Source of the DNA: a virus
Reading direction: 5' to 3' (one strand)
IMG/VR virus record: IMGVR_UViG_3300017716_002841
Span: 41,317-105,316 of that record
Length of the DNA stretch: 64,000 nt
The position numbers were made by a program, and so were the translations under genes. The notes below the pieces were generated by a model. It did not search any database. It was not told the origin of the DNA and was given only the letters and a program-made list of their open reading frames with translations. Shown one piece after another: positions 39,279 through 49,723 of this stretch (position 1 is the first letter of the stretch; each line of letters opens with the position of its first letter).

Positions 39279-40726
39279 TCGAATTAGACTATAATAGATC
39301 AACAAATAAGCTCTTAATACGTAGTGATGACAGTTTTACTTTTGATAATTTACGTGAGCATTTTAGTACTGAAAATAAAAACGCGTCTTTCATGCAACGA
39401 AAGTTTAAAACTCGTAATGTTAAAATTCCGACGAGAAAATATGTAATTACCCCAACTGGTACGTGTGATATAGGATTATATTGGGAGATTAGAAAATATT
39501 TTATTGAAAATCAAATTATTTTAAACGTATCTACATCTGATGCCCTTAATAAAGCGCTAACCATTGGTGTAGATAGTGAGACATATACTAATTTTAACTT
39601 AGATTTAAGAGATTATCAGACTGATGTACTAAACAAAGCGTTAAAATTAGGTTGGGGTACATGTGTTCTTGGGACAGGTGCCGGTAAAACGCTAACAACA
39701 GCAGCTCTTATTGAAAATTACTATCGTAATAGTAATAACAAGAGTACATTTAAATGTATTATGCTTGTACCCGATCTAGGACTAGTAACACAAACATATA
39801 ATGAGTTTATTGCATGTGGTATTTCTTACAGTTTGACAATGTGGACCGGCTCTACTAAGCCAGATCTTACTGCTAATGTTATTATTTGCAATATTGGTAT
39901 ATTACAAGCTCGATTTACTGAATCTGAATGGGTAAAATATATTGATTTACTCGTAATAGATGAATGTCACAAGATAAAATCAGATAATAAAATTAGTAAA
40001 GTTATTTCAAAAATTAAAACTAGACACCGATACGGTTTTACTGGTACACTTCCAGATAATAATGAAGATAAATGGTTTATTATTGGTAGGCTAGGTCCCG
40101 TATTATATGAAAAAACAAGTGCAGAACTACGTAATGAAAGCTTTTTAACAAATGTTGAGGTTAAAATACTTAATATTAACCACGGAAACGTGCAAATTCC
40201 GCGTCTATCTGATAGTGCTTATAGAAATGAGCTTGATTTTATATACGAAAGTGTAAAGAGAAACGAATTAATAGTAAAATTATGCTTTAAACTAGTAAAT
40301 AACACACTAATTCTTGTTAATCATATTAAACACGGTGAGATTCTATACGATCTACTCGCTAGAACATGTAAGAACAAGCAAATATACTTTATTCGTGGTG
40401 AAATTGAGGTTGAAGAACGTGAAAACATTAAAAAAATCATGGAAAGTGATAATAATGTAGTGTGTATTGCTATTAGTGCCATATTTTCCACAGGAGTTAA
40501 CATAAAAAACCTTCACAACATTGTTTTTGCGGCAGGAGGTAAGTCTTTTATACGGACCGTACAGTCAATTGGTCGCGGACTACGATTACACGCTAATAAA
40601 ACACGGCTAATCATTATAGATCTTTGTGATCTTTTACATTACGGTGAAAAACACTGTAATAAACGTATTGAAATATATAAAAAAGAAAAAATAGGTTATT
40701 CTATAAAAAATATAGATATATGTTGA
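39275..40726 (+). CDS. uvsW: SF2 DNA helicase
   Basis: LRDYQ, TGAGKT, DECH, GFTGT, FSTGVNIKNLH, QSIGRGLR. Confidence 0.93.
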   Translation: MIELDYNRSTNKLLIRSDDSFTFDNLREHFSTENKNASFMQRKFKTRNVKIPTRKYVITPTGTCDIGLYWEIRKYFIENQIILNVSTSDALNKALTIGVDSETYTNFNLDLRDYQTDVLNKALKLGWGTCVLGTGAGKTLTTAALIENYYRNSNNKSTFKCIMLVPDLGLVTQTYNEFIACGISYSLTMWTGSTKPDLTANVIICNIGILQARFTESEWVKYIDLLVIDECHKIKSDNKISKVISKIKTRHRYGFTGTLPDNNEDKWFIIGRLGPVLYEKTSAELRNESFLTNVEVKILNINHGNVQIPRLSDSAYRNELDFIYESVKRNELIVKLCFKLVNNTLILVNHIKHGEILYDLLARTCKNKQIYFIRGEIEVEERENIKKIMESDNNVVCIAISAIFSTGVNIKNLHNIVFAAGGKSFIRTVQSIGRGLRLHANKTRLIIIDLCDLLHYGEKHCNKRIEIYKKEKIGYSIKNIDIC

Positions 40727-40756
40727 TATCTATAATAAGGTTAATATAATGTTTAT

Positions 40757-41194
40757 ATGTCCAAAGCTGAATATTATATAAGTCCGAAGGAATTTAAAGA
40801 ATCTTTAAAAAGATTCTATGATTCTGATATACTTACCGATGATTTAGCGGAGAATGTAAAAAAAATCGCGTACGGATTAAGCTATAATAGTAATTTTATT
40901 AACTATACCTATAAAGATGACATGATAGGTGACGCTCTTATAAAGATGTATTCAGCTTTATCACGTAAAAAATATAGTTTTGATACAGAGTCTAATCCCT
41001 TTTCATACTTTACAACAATCGCCTTTAATGCTTTTATTAATCGTATTAAAAAAGAAAAAAGACATCATGAAGCTGAAAGAAGCTATAAAGAAAAGGTATA
41101 TGAGGATATTATGACAGATCCGGAACATGGTGGAGGCTATATCTATATTAAACCTATTTATGATGAAGATGGTGAATCATATGATCAAGATTAA
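40757..41194 (+). CDS. gp55: Late-transcription sigma factor
   Basis: NFINYTYKDDMIGDA, NPFSYFTTIAFNAFINRIKKEK. Confidence 0.93.
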   Translation: MSKAEYYISPKEFKESLKRFYDSDILTDDLAENVKKIAYGLSYNSNFINYTYKDDMIGDALIKMYSALSRKKYSFDTESNPFSYFTTIAFNAFINRIKKEKRHHEAERSYKEKVYEDIMTDPEHGGGYIYIKPIYDEDGESYDQD

Positions 41195-42230
41195 TAAACC
41201 TAAAATAGGTATTATATCGGACTTACACCTAGGTGTACATACAAACAGCGTACAATGGCATGATATAGCTGTTGAATGGGCAACTTGGCTAGCTAACGAA
41301 TTTAAACAACAGCATATAAAAGATATTATATTTTGTGGAGATTGGCACCACAATCGAAGTGAAATATCAGTTAACACTCTACAAATTTCAGCAGACATAT
41401 TAGATATATTTAAAGATTTTAATCTAATAGCTATTACAGGTAATCATGACGTTTATTACAAACACAGAACGGATGTAAACTCTCTATCTATCTTTAAAAC
41501 GCGTGATAATGTAACTATTTACGATAAGGTCGTCACATTTACAGCGTTCGATCGAACTATAACACTATGCCCGTGGAATACTAATATTAATAGTATACCT
41601 AAAAGTGATGTTATTTTCGGTCATTTCGAAATTGAAACATTTAAAATGAACGCATATAAAGTATGTGAGGAAGGAATGCGTATAAAAGATCTACTTCAGC
41701 GTAGTAATTTGATTATATCAGGTCACTTCCATATGAGACATGAAAAAAAGTTTGGAGCAGGTACAATACTTTATGTAGGTAACCCCTATCAAATGGACTT
41801 TGGTGATGCCGGCAATTATAAAGGCTATTATATATTGGATTTAGATACTCTAGAATATGAATTTAAAGAAAATCTAATTTCTCCGCACTATATTAAGATA
41901 AATCTTAGTGAGTTAGTGAGATATGAGACGATAACTCCTGAATTACGTGAGTTATTTGCAAATAATATTATTAAATTAAAAATTGACCGTCATATATCTC
42001 AAGAAGATCAGATTGTTTTAACAACCAAGCTTAATCAGTTACGACCTCAGAATTTATATATTGATTATGATATTGCCTGTAGTAATACTAGTAGTGATGG
42101 TAAAGAAAAAGACCTTTCTGGTATAGATATATCAGAGGCCATCGAGGAATTTGTTAACCTACTTGAGGTAGAAAATAAAAAAGACGTACTGAGCTATACT
42201 ATCGAATTATATAACAAGTGTATTTTATGA
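41181..42230 (+). CDS. gp47: Mre11/SbcD-like recombination nuclease
   Basis: SDLHLG, GD, GNHD, GHFE, SGHFH. Confidence 0.92.
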   Translation: MIKINKPKIGIISDLHLGVHTNSVQWHDIAVEWATWLANEFKQQHIKDIIFCGDWHHNRSEISVNTLQISADILDIFKDFNLIAITGNHDVYYKHRTDVNSLSIFKTRDNVTIYDKVVTFTAFDRTITLCPWNTNINSIPKSDVIFGHFEIETFKMNAYKVCEEGMRIKDLLQRSNLIISGHFHMRHEKKFGAGTILYVGNPYQMDFGDAGNYKGYYILDLDTLEYEFKENLISPHYIKINLSELVRYETITPELRELFANNIIKLKIDRHISQEDQIVLTTKLNQLRPQNLYIDYDIACSNTSSDGKEKDLSGIDISEAIEEFVNLLEVENKKDVLSYTIELYNKCIL

Positions 42231-44035
42231 AAACCGTTAATTTTACAAAAATCGCTATTCAAAATTTTCTCTCTGTTGGTGAAGAGCCTGTGATTGTGAG
42301 ATTCAAGCGTGGACTACATGTTATTACAGGTAGAAACATAGATAAACCTGAAAGAAAGAATGCAGTTGGTAAATCTACTATAGCAGATGCACTATATTTT
42401 GCTATATTTGGGGAAACGTTACGCGAAATTAAAAAAGAGCTTATCATTAATAACATTACTGGTGGCAAGACCCAAGTTGAGCTTGAGTTTGAAGTAGATT
42501 CACCACGTGGAAATAATAAGTTTCAAATTATACGTACTCTCACACCTACAAAGGTGTATGTCTATAAGGATGGTGTCGATAAAACACGTGATAGTATAGC
42601 TAACACAACGAAATATATATGCGAAGTGCTAAGCGCATCTCCCGCAGTTTTTCAAAACTGCGTTATTATGACAGTTAACAACGCAGTACCATTTATGGCT
42701 AAGAATAAAACGGAAAAGCGACGTTTTATTGAGGATATATTTGGTATGGAGGTGTTTAGCAGGATGATTTCCATACTTAGATCAGAATATAACGACATTA
42801 AGAAAGAATTTGATATACAGAATACTAAGTTAGACGAAGTAACAACATCTTTAACAAGTTATAATTTACAGAAAACGCGTAGTATTGATAGGAAGCAAGA
42901 AAAACATAAGCTATATCTTGAACGACAGCTTAATAATAGTCAAGAAATTAATGAACTAGTAGAAAAAATTAATAAGATGCCAGATAGTGCTATGGTTGAC
43001 AAGTTCAAACAACAAATATCTGAACTGGATAATAAGTTATTCACATGTGAGGATAACTTGACTTTACTTATTGAAGAGAGTACTACCCAAAAAGCTGTAC
43101 TTAATCATAAAAAGGAACACTATAGCAATATTGGTACTAGTGAATCGAAGTGTCCAGTGTGCTTGCGATCTATTCAAGAACATGATAAGAAGACAATTGA
43201 ATTAGAAAAAAATATTATTAAGAATGATATTATTCAAATCGCAACAAGTCTTAAGACAATACTATCTAGTATTCAAGAATCAAAAGATCATAAAGAAAAA
43301 ATTAAAGGTCTTATACGACATACAACAAAATTACTTAATAATGCCAACTTACAGCTACAATCAAAGAAAAATCTTCAAGACAATATTGATAAACTAACAA
43401 TGTGGCAGTCTGAGCTTGAAGTTGATATTGAATCTCTTAATAATGATGTAAGTGAATTTGATAATTTAATTATTTCTACAGAAAGTAGAAATAAAGAACT
43501 TAATAATACTGTTGCTAGTATATCCAAACAACTTAGTAAGCTTGATATTGTTAAGTTTATTGTGTCTGAAGAGGGAGTAAAGTCATATATTGTAAATAGG
43601 CTACTTGAACTTCTTAATAATAAGCTATATTTTTATCTTAAAAAGCTAGATTCAAACTCTACTTGCGTTTTTAATGAATATTTTGAAGAGGAAATTGTAA
43701 ATGACAAGAATAAAATTTGTTCTTATTTTAATTTTTCAGGTGCAGAGCGTAAATCTATAGATCTTGCGTGTTTATTTGCTTTTTCAGATATTAGACGTTT
43801 ACAAGGTGGTGTTAGTTATAATATCGCTATATATGACGAGCTATTTGACTCATCATTTGATGATAAAGGTATAGAACTCATTACAGAAATACTCCGCGAA
43901 CGTGTAGAATCTCTGGATGAGTGTACTATTGTTATTTCACATAGAAAAGAATCACTAAAAGCTGTAACAGGTGACATTATCTTTCTCGAGAAGGAAAATG
44001 GTATAACAAGACGAGTAGAATATTCAGAAGATTAA
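42227..44035 (+). CDS. gp46: Rad50/SbcC-like ATPase
   Basis: NFLSVG, NAVGKST, CPVC zinc hook, FSGAE, DELFDSSFD, ISH. Confidence 0.93.
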   Translation: MKTVNFTKIAIQNFLSVGEEPVIVRFKRGLHVITGRNIDKPERKNAVGKSTIADALYFAIFGETLREIKKELIINNITGGKTQVELEFEVDSPRGNNKFQIIRTLTPTKVYVYKDGVDKTRDSIANTTKYICEVLSASPAVFQNCVIMTVNNAVPFMAKNKTEKRRFIEDIFGMEVFSRMISILRSEYNDIKKEFDIQNTKLDEVTTSLTSYNLQKTRSIDRKQEKHKLYLERQLNNSQEINELVEKINKMPDSAMVDKFKQQISELDNKLFTCEDNLTLLIEESTTQKAVLNHKKEHYSNIGTSESKCPVCLRSIQEHDKKTIELEKNIIKNDIIQIATSLKTILSSIQESKDHKEKIKGLIRHTTKLLNNANLQLQSKKNLQDNIDKLTMWQSELEVDIESLNNDVSEFDNLIISTESRNKELNNTVASISKQLSKLDIVKFIVSEEGVKSYIVNRLLELLNNKLYFYLKKLDSNSTCVFNEYFEEEIVNDKNKICSYFNFSGAERKSIDLACLFAFSDIRRLQGGVSYNIAIYDELFDSSFDDKGIELITEILRERVESLDECTIVISHRKESLKAVTGDIIFLEKENGITRRVEYSED

Positions 44036-44050
44036 TGTAAATACAATCAG

Positions 44051-45259
44051 ATGTACGTTACACCCTTTGTTAATCCGTTTGTAAGCGCTATAGTTCAACC
44101 TATTGTTAATAATATTATAACTCCTGCCGCAAAAAATACACAGCCTAGAGAGCTATCACTGCCGCGTTATGTTAATTATATCGCTGATTATTCGGGTTGT
44201 GGTTTTTGGAGAATTTTATGGCCAGAAGTTCTTATTAACTCACGCGGAATAGGCTGCTCATCATCTTTAACGGCGATGGTATTTGATCCGCGGTGGTATG
44301 CCGGTGTAGCGTGTGTTAAGGTTCAACGACAAGCATCTAGTGATCAACGTGAATTTATTAAGCACTTAAAACAAGTTCAAAAAGAACATGGCTTTAAGCT
44401 TATATATGAAGTTGATGATGTTGTTTTTAGGGAAGATATACCCGATTATAATAAATTTAAATTTGCGTTTGATAATGATGAAATTCGGAATAATTGCATA
44501 GAAATTATTAATATGTGTGATGAGGTTCTTGTAACTTGCGATTACATGCGAAAGTTATATCAACAAAGAACAGGTAAAAAGGAAATTACCGTAATTCCTA
44601 ACTTTGTACCTTATACATGGATGGGTCATCAGTTTGATAGAAGTAAAATTTACGCAAATTATGATAAAAACAAAAAAAAGCCACGTGTACTGTATACAGG
44701 TTCTGGAGCTCATTTTGATGTAGATAATAAAAATAATGGAGTTGATGATTTTTCTCATGTAATTGATCTAGTCTTAAGAACACTACAAAAATATCAATGG
44801 ATATTTGTAGGTTCTTTTCCACCTAAATTGCTACCGTATATTCAATCCGGCGAAATAGAGTTCCATCAATGGCAGACACTTGATACATATGCAACTTTTA
44901 TCGCCGACCTTAATGCTCAAGTAATGATCGCACCTCTTATAGATAATAGTTTTAATAGATCTAAATCTGATATTAAGTTTATTGAAGCGTGTGTATTAGG
45001 ATTACCGTGCATGGTACAAAATATGGAGACATATAAAAATGCTCCTGAATACCTTAAATTTGATACAGGTGATGATCTTGAAATAAAGCTCGATAATGTA
45101 CTTCGTAACAAATCAATGTACTATAAAAATGTTGATTTTTATAGGGGTATAGGTGAGAAGAGATTCTTAGAGCATCCTGAAAATATTGGATGTCATATTG
45201 AAGCTCTTAACACTCCATATGGATCTCCTCAACGTGTTTATCTTAAGAAGTGGAATTAA
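44051..45259 (+). CDS. GT-B (GT4-like) glycosyltransferase
   Basis: DYSGCGFWRI, YEVDD, VIPN, IAPLIDNSFNRSKSDIKFIEACVLGLP. Confidence 0.75.
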   Translation: MYVTPFVNPFVSAIVQPIVNNIITPAAKNTQPRELSLPRYVNYIADYSGCGFWRILWPEVLINSRGIGCSSSLTAMVFDPRWYAGVACVKVQRQASSDQREFIKHLKQVQKEHGFKLIYEVDDVVFREDIPDYNKFKFAFDNDEIRNNCIEIINMCDEVLVTCDYMRKLYQQRTGKKEITVIPNFVPYTWMGHQFDRSKIYANYDKNKKKPRVLYTGSGAHFDVDNKNNGVDDFSHVIDLVLRTLQKYQWIFVGSFPPKLLPYIQSGEIEFHQWQTLDTYATFIADLNAQVMIAPLIDNSFNRSKSDIKFIEACVLGLPCMVQNMETYKNAPEYLKFDTGDDLEIKLDNVLRNKSMYYKNVDFYRGIGEKRFLEHPENIGCHIEALNTPYGSPQRVYLKKWN

Positions 45260-45260
45260 G

Positions 45261-45288
45261 TTGAAAACTAAGCGTTAAGATCTATAAT
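45261..45288 (+). promoter_or_regulatory. Sigma70-type promoter of the DNA polymerase gene (representative of a repeated motif)
   Basis: TTGAAA-N16-TATAAT, ATG 8 nt downstream. Confidence 0.7.
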
Positions 45289-45296
45289 AATTATAG

Positions 45297-47864
45297 ATGT
45301 ACCGAAACGCCATTTATAATAGTCGCGAACAAGCAATTAACCTTTTTACGTGGAACGAAGAGGGTGAGCGTGTTAGGCATAAGGTAACTTATAATCCCTA
45401 TCTATATATAGAAGATATTAAAGGGGATAAAACGACTATCTACCGTACTAAGGCTAGAAAGAAAGTATTCAGCAATACGTACGAGCGTAATAAGTTTGTT
45501 AAAGAGTCGGGAGTTAAGAGACTATATGAGAATATACCAGCTTCGCAGCAATATTTACTCGATACTTTTTGGACAGAAAATGAAAAACCCGAATTCACAC
45601 AACATCCACTAAAGGTTACGTTTATCGACATCGAAACATACTCACCGGATTGCTTTCCAGACATCGAAGATCCTAATCACACCGTTAACGTCATAACATG
45701 TTACGATAGTTTTAGTAAGCAGTTTCACACCTTCGGTCTTAAGCCGTACACAGGACAGAATAAAAGCATACAATATTATTATTGTGAGAATGAACGAGAA
45801 TTATTTATTAAGTTCTTAGATTATCTAGCAGACGATTATCCTGACGTACTGAGTGGTTGGAATTCGGAATTTTTTGATATTCCTTATATTATTGCTAGAT
45901 GTGAACGTATTTTAGGTCCAGAATATGTAGCTAAGCTATCACCATTAAGCAATGTACACTTTCGGATGATAAAAGGAAAGTTCGGTAGAGATCAAAAACG
46001 CTTCTATATTGATGGTATGTCTAGTATCGATTACTTAGATATATATCGACGTTTCTGCTTAAAATTAAGAGAGTCTTATAAACTTGATGCTATTGCAGAA
46101 GTAGAGCTTGGTGAACGAAAGATTGATTATGGTGATATGAATCTAGTTACACTAGCAGATACAGATTGGAATCTATTTGTTGACTATAACATTCAAGACG
46201 TTAATCTACTAGTTAAGATGGAAGAGAAATTACAATATATTTCTCTGTTGAGAATGCTTGCTTATGTAGGGTTAACTACCATGGAGGGTGCTATGGGTAC
46301 AATCTCAGTTATTAACGGTGCATTAACTATTAGAGCTCGTAATAGAGGTGAAATTATATCTACTTTTATTAGACCGGATGCAGCAGGGAAAAATCCCGGA
46401 GCGTATGTTTCTGAACCTAAAAGCGGATTTCAGAATAATATTGTATCATTTGATGCTAACTCTCTATATCCTAACGTTATGATTGCTCTCAATCTATCAC
46501 CTGAAACTAAAATAGGTCGATTAGAAAAAATGCATAATGGTATGATCAATATATATCATGTATCTGGTAAATGTTTCGAACTTACACCTGAAAAATTTGC
46601 TAAGTATATTGAACTAGAACAATGCTCTGTAACTAAAGCTGGATTTTTGTTTACGCAGAAAAAGCAAGGTATTATTCCTGAGTTTCTCGACTACTACTAC
46701 AAAGAACGTGTTGTAGTAAAAGACTTACTGTTTAAAGCAAAACAAAAATTACAAGTACTTAGTAAGACAGATAAAGATTATCAAAAGTTACAGTTTGAAG
46801 TAGAAAGACTTAATACTAAGCAAATGGTTATTAAAATTCTTTGTAACTCTTGTTACGGTTATATGGGTAATAAGCAAGCACCAATCGGAGATGATGATAT
46901 TGCATCTTCTGTTACATTAACAGGTCAAGCTGTTATTAAGCAAGCAGGTAAACTCCTACAGCAATATTTAACAAACAACTTTAATATTACCGATACAGCT
47001 GTATTAGATAATAGTTGGGTGTATTCTGATACAGATAGCTGTTATTTCTCGTTGGAATGTATTGAAGATAGGGTACCTATTAAAAGAGACGGTGTTATTA
47101 ATGTAGATTTTTATAAGGAGGTTGAGAACATCGAGAATTATCTCAATACAGAAATTACAAGTTGGGCTATTAAGGCTTTACGAACGAATGATAGTAGGTT
47201 TGTGTTTAAACGAGAATGTATTAGTGATGTAGGTGTATTTTTACAGAAAAAACGATATGTTATGCATATTCTTGATGATGAGGGTATAAAGGTAGACAAG
47301 TTCAAGTATACAGGTGTCGAAGTTGTACGTACGACAATGCCAAACGCTATTAAACCATATGCTAAAAAGATTATCGAGACAATGTTAACGACAAAATCAT
47401 TAACAAACACTAATAATATTTTAACAGAAACATATAACACATTTAAAACCCTAACACCAGAAGATATTGCATTTGTTATGGGTGTTAAGGGATATGATAA
47501 ATACGCACCTCTTTGTAGAGAATTTAGTATTGCAAAAGGAATGCCTATTCACGTAAAGGCTGCGTATTTACACAATGTAATTAATAGAAAGCTAGGAATT
47601 GAAAACAAATACGAAGATATTAAATCGGGCGATAAGACAAGATATGTATATGTACAAACACCCAACAAATACGGTATTGAGGTTATAGGCTTTAAACATA
47701 ATTTACCTGAAGAGTTTAAAGCCTTATTTAAAATCGATTATGAACTAATGTTTGAAAAGATTTTATTCAATTCTATCGAACGGTTTTACAACGGTGTAAA
47801 CTGGCAGATTAGAAAACCATCTGAAAACGTTCGAATTGAACTAGGCACTCTTTTTGGATTTTAA
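45297..47864 (+). CDS. gp43: Family B DNA polymerase
   Basis: DIET, GWNSEFFDIPY, YNIQD, SFDANSLYP, KILCNSCYG, YSDTDS, KKRY. Confidence 0.97.
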   Translation: MYRNAIYNSREQAINLFTWNEEGERVRHKVTYNPYLYIEDIKGDKTTIYRTKARKKVFSNTYERNKFVKESGVKRLYENIPASQQYLLDTFWTENEKPEFTQHPLKVTFIDIETYSPDCFPDIEDPNHTVNVITCYDSFSKQFHTFGLKPYTGQNKSIQYYYCENERELFIKFLDYLADDYPDVLSGWNSEFFDIPYIIARCERILGPEYVAKLSPLSNVHFRMIKGKFGRDQKRFYIDGMSSIDYLDIYRRFCLKLRESYKLDAIAEVELGERKIDYGDMNLVTLADTDWNLFVDYNIQDVNLLVKMEEKLQYISLLRMLAYVGLTTMEGAMGTISVINGALTIRARNRGEIISTFIRPDAAGKNPGAYVSEPKSGFQNNIVSFDANSLYPNVMIALNLSPETKIGRLEKMHNGMINIYHVSGKCFELTPEKFAKYIELEQCSVTKAGFLFTQKKQGIIPEFLDYYYKERVVVKDLLFKAKQKLQVLSKTDKDYQKLQFEVERLNTKQMVIKILCNSCYGYMGNKQAPIGDDDIASSVTLTGQAVIKQAGKLLQQYLTNNFNITDTAVLDNSWVYSDTDSCYFSLECIEDRVPIKRDGVINVDFYKEVENIENYLNTEITSWAIKALRTNDSRFVFKRECISDVGVFLQKKRYVMHILDDEGIKVDKFKYTGVEVVRTTMPNAIKPYAKKIIETMLTTKSLTNTNNILTETYNTFKTLTPEDIAFVMGVKGYDKYAPLCREFSIAKGMPIHVKAAYLHNVINRKLGIENKYEDIKSGDKTRYVYVQTPNKYGIEVIGFKHNLPEEFKALFKIDYELMFEKILFNSIERFYNGVNWQIRKPSENVRIELGTLFGF

Positions 47865-47900
47865 GTTGCAATAAACCCCTACACTAATACATATTAATAT

Positions 47901-48149
47901 ATGTCATATTTAGATACACCAGGACTTGATAATACACCACGTGCACATCCAGCCTTTTGGCGTGGTAAAGCAGCTGGATTAGGAGAGGTTTTAAAGATCG
48001 TTTCAGATATTATGCTCGGCAAGGATAACGGCTCAGGTATTAATAAGCATAATGATATTGAGAATATGCGACGTGCTCTCCTACTCTGGAGAGAACGCGT
48101 TGAAGAAAAGAATCAAACGACAGAGAAACAGGTTGAAAAAGTCAAATAA
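47901..48149 (+). CDS. Hypothetical protein
   Basis: 82 aa ORF containing LDNTPRAHPAFWRG. Confidence 0.6.
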   Translation: MSYLDTPGLDNTPRAHPAFWRGKAAGLGEVLKIVSDIMLGKDNGSGINKHNDIENMRRALLLWRERVEEKNQTTEKQVEKVK

Positions 48150-48168
48150 TAATATATAATAATTTATC

Positions 48169-48519
48169 ATGAGTAACATTAAAGCTATTATCGATCATAT
48201 TGGACGTACAGTTATTGGAGATGTCGTTTCTGAAACAGAATCAACATTAACAATGAATAACCCTGTTATTATTCACGTTCAACCAAATCAAGAAACTGGA
48301 CAACTTCAAGTTCAATCCTTCCCATATATTTTTATTGAGTTTCTGACACCAGAGTCTAAAGAAAAAAATCATTGGACATTTAATCGTTCAAGTATTGTTC
48401 AATCCGAAGTCAAGCTCGACAGTAAAATTATTCAACAATATAATGGTATCAATACACCAGCTTTACAACAAGCTACATCAGGTGATCCGGAGGTAATCCG
48501 TCTTTTTGACGAAGATTGA
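48169..48519 (+). CDS. Sm-like beta-barrel hypothetical protein
   Basis: GRTVIG...LTMNNPVI...FPY...IIQQYN; own TTGAAA-N16-TATAAT promoter. Confidence 0.55.
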   Translation: MSNIKAIIDHIGRTVIGDVVSETESTLTMNNPVIIHVQPNQETGQLQVQSFPYIFIEFLTPESKEKNHWTFNRSSIVQSEVKLDSKIIQQYNGINTPALQQATSGDPEVIRLFDED

Positions 48520-48536
48520 TTAAATAAATTTAGCAG

Positions 48537-48582
48537 ACCCTCGGCGCCTCTGATATAAGCGTAATTCCGAGGGTATTTTTTT
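48537..48582 (+). terminator. Terminator-like stem with an unusually long structured loop
   Basis: ACCCTCGG-N22-CCGAGGGT followed by ATTTTTTT. Confidence 0.7.
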
Positions 48583-48619
48583 GTCTTGATTTTTAGAGTA
48601 GAGTATCCATAATATCTAT

Positions 48620-49723
48620 ATGGATAAAGACGTTAAAAGTGCATTGGATAGTATTGATGAAGTTAACCCGTTTGCTACTTATCTCTCAGATAGTACTCTA
48701 AGTAGAGTAGATAGCTGGATTGATACAGGTAGTTATGTACTTAACGCAATTGTTTCTGGCTCCGTTTACGGTGGTATTCCAAAAGGCCGTGTGGTCATGC
48801 TTGCAGGAGAATCCATGACAGGTAAATCGCTGTTTGTACAGAAGATTCTCGCTAATGCTCAGAAAGAAGGACTTATTCCTGTTATTTTTGATACAGAAAA
48901 TGCTATTGATGCAGAAGGTGCTACCCGTATTGGTCTAGATGTATCTAAAGTCAAGTACGTACCTTGTGTTAGTATTGAACAAACGCGAAATGCCTTATAT
49001 AAGTTCTTAACTTCAGTTCAAGAAAAGAAACTACAAGGTAAGTTTATTATAGCTATTGATTCACTTGGTAATTTACAATCCGAACTTGAACATTCACGCA
49101 TGGGTAAGGAAAGTACAAGTTCAGATATGGGATCTAAGGCACGTGCAATGAAGACATTGCTACAAACGTGTACTAACTTGGGATCAGTAACTCAAACAAC
49201 AATTTTACTTACTAATCATGTTTATGATGATCCTACAGCATTGTTTCCATCAATTGAAAAGAATATGCCAGGCGGCAAAGCGTGTGTATATCTTCCATCA
49301 GTTACAGTTCAACTAGCTCGTAAGCCCGTTAAGGACGATGGTGGTAAAACAACAGATACTAAACTTGCTGTTGGACAGAAAAACTACTCTGGTATTATTA
49401 TTAGAGCCCTAACTCGTAAGAATCGCTTTATTAAGCAATATCTTGAAGGTGAAATGTTCTTATCGTTCTCTACGGGCCTCGATAGATACTACGGACTACT
49501 CGATCTTGCAGTCGGTCACGGTATTGTTATTCAAGGCGGTGCTACTTATACACTCGAAGATGGTACTAAGTTAGGATATTATCGTAACTGGCGTAAGGAT
49601 ACTAAGCTCTGGGAAGAAACTATTATTCCTAAGCTTGAGTTGAAGATTAAAAAGGAGTGGTCATACTCTAATGATGAATCAGAAGCACCAGAAGAAATAA
49701 TTGAAACAGAAGATCATGAATAA
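48620..49723 (+). CDS. uvsX: RecA-like recombinase
   Basis: IDTGSYVLN, AGESMTGKS, FDTENA, IDSLGNL, TNHVY, KNRF. Confidence 0.93.
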   Translation: MDKDVKSALDSIDEVNPFATYLSDSTLSRVDSWIDTGSYVLNAIVSGSVYGGIPKGRVVMLAGESMTGKSLFVQKILANAQKEGLIPVIFDTENAIDAEGATRIGLDVSKVKYVPCVSIEQTRNALYKFLTSVQEKKLQGKFIIAIDSLGNLQSELEHSRMGKESTSSDMGSKARAMKTLLQTCTNLGSVTQTTILLTNHVYDDPTALFPSIEKNMPGGKACVYLPSVTVQLARKPVKDDGGKTTDTKLAVGQKNYSGIIIRALTRKNRFIKQYLEGEMFLSFSTGLDRYYGLLDLAVGHGIVIQGGATYTLEDGTKLGYYRNWRKDTKLWEETIIPKLELKIKKEWSYSNDESEAPEEIIETEDHE

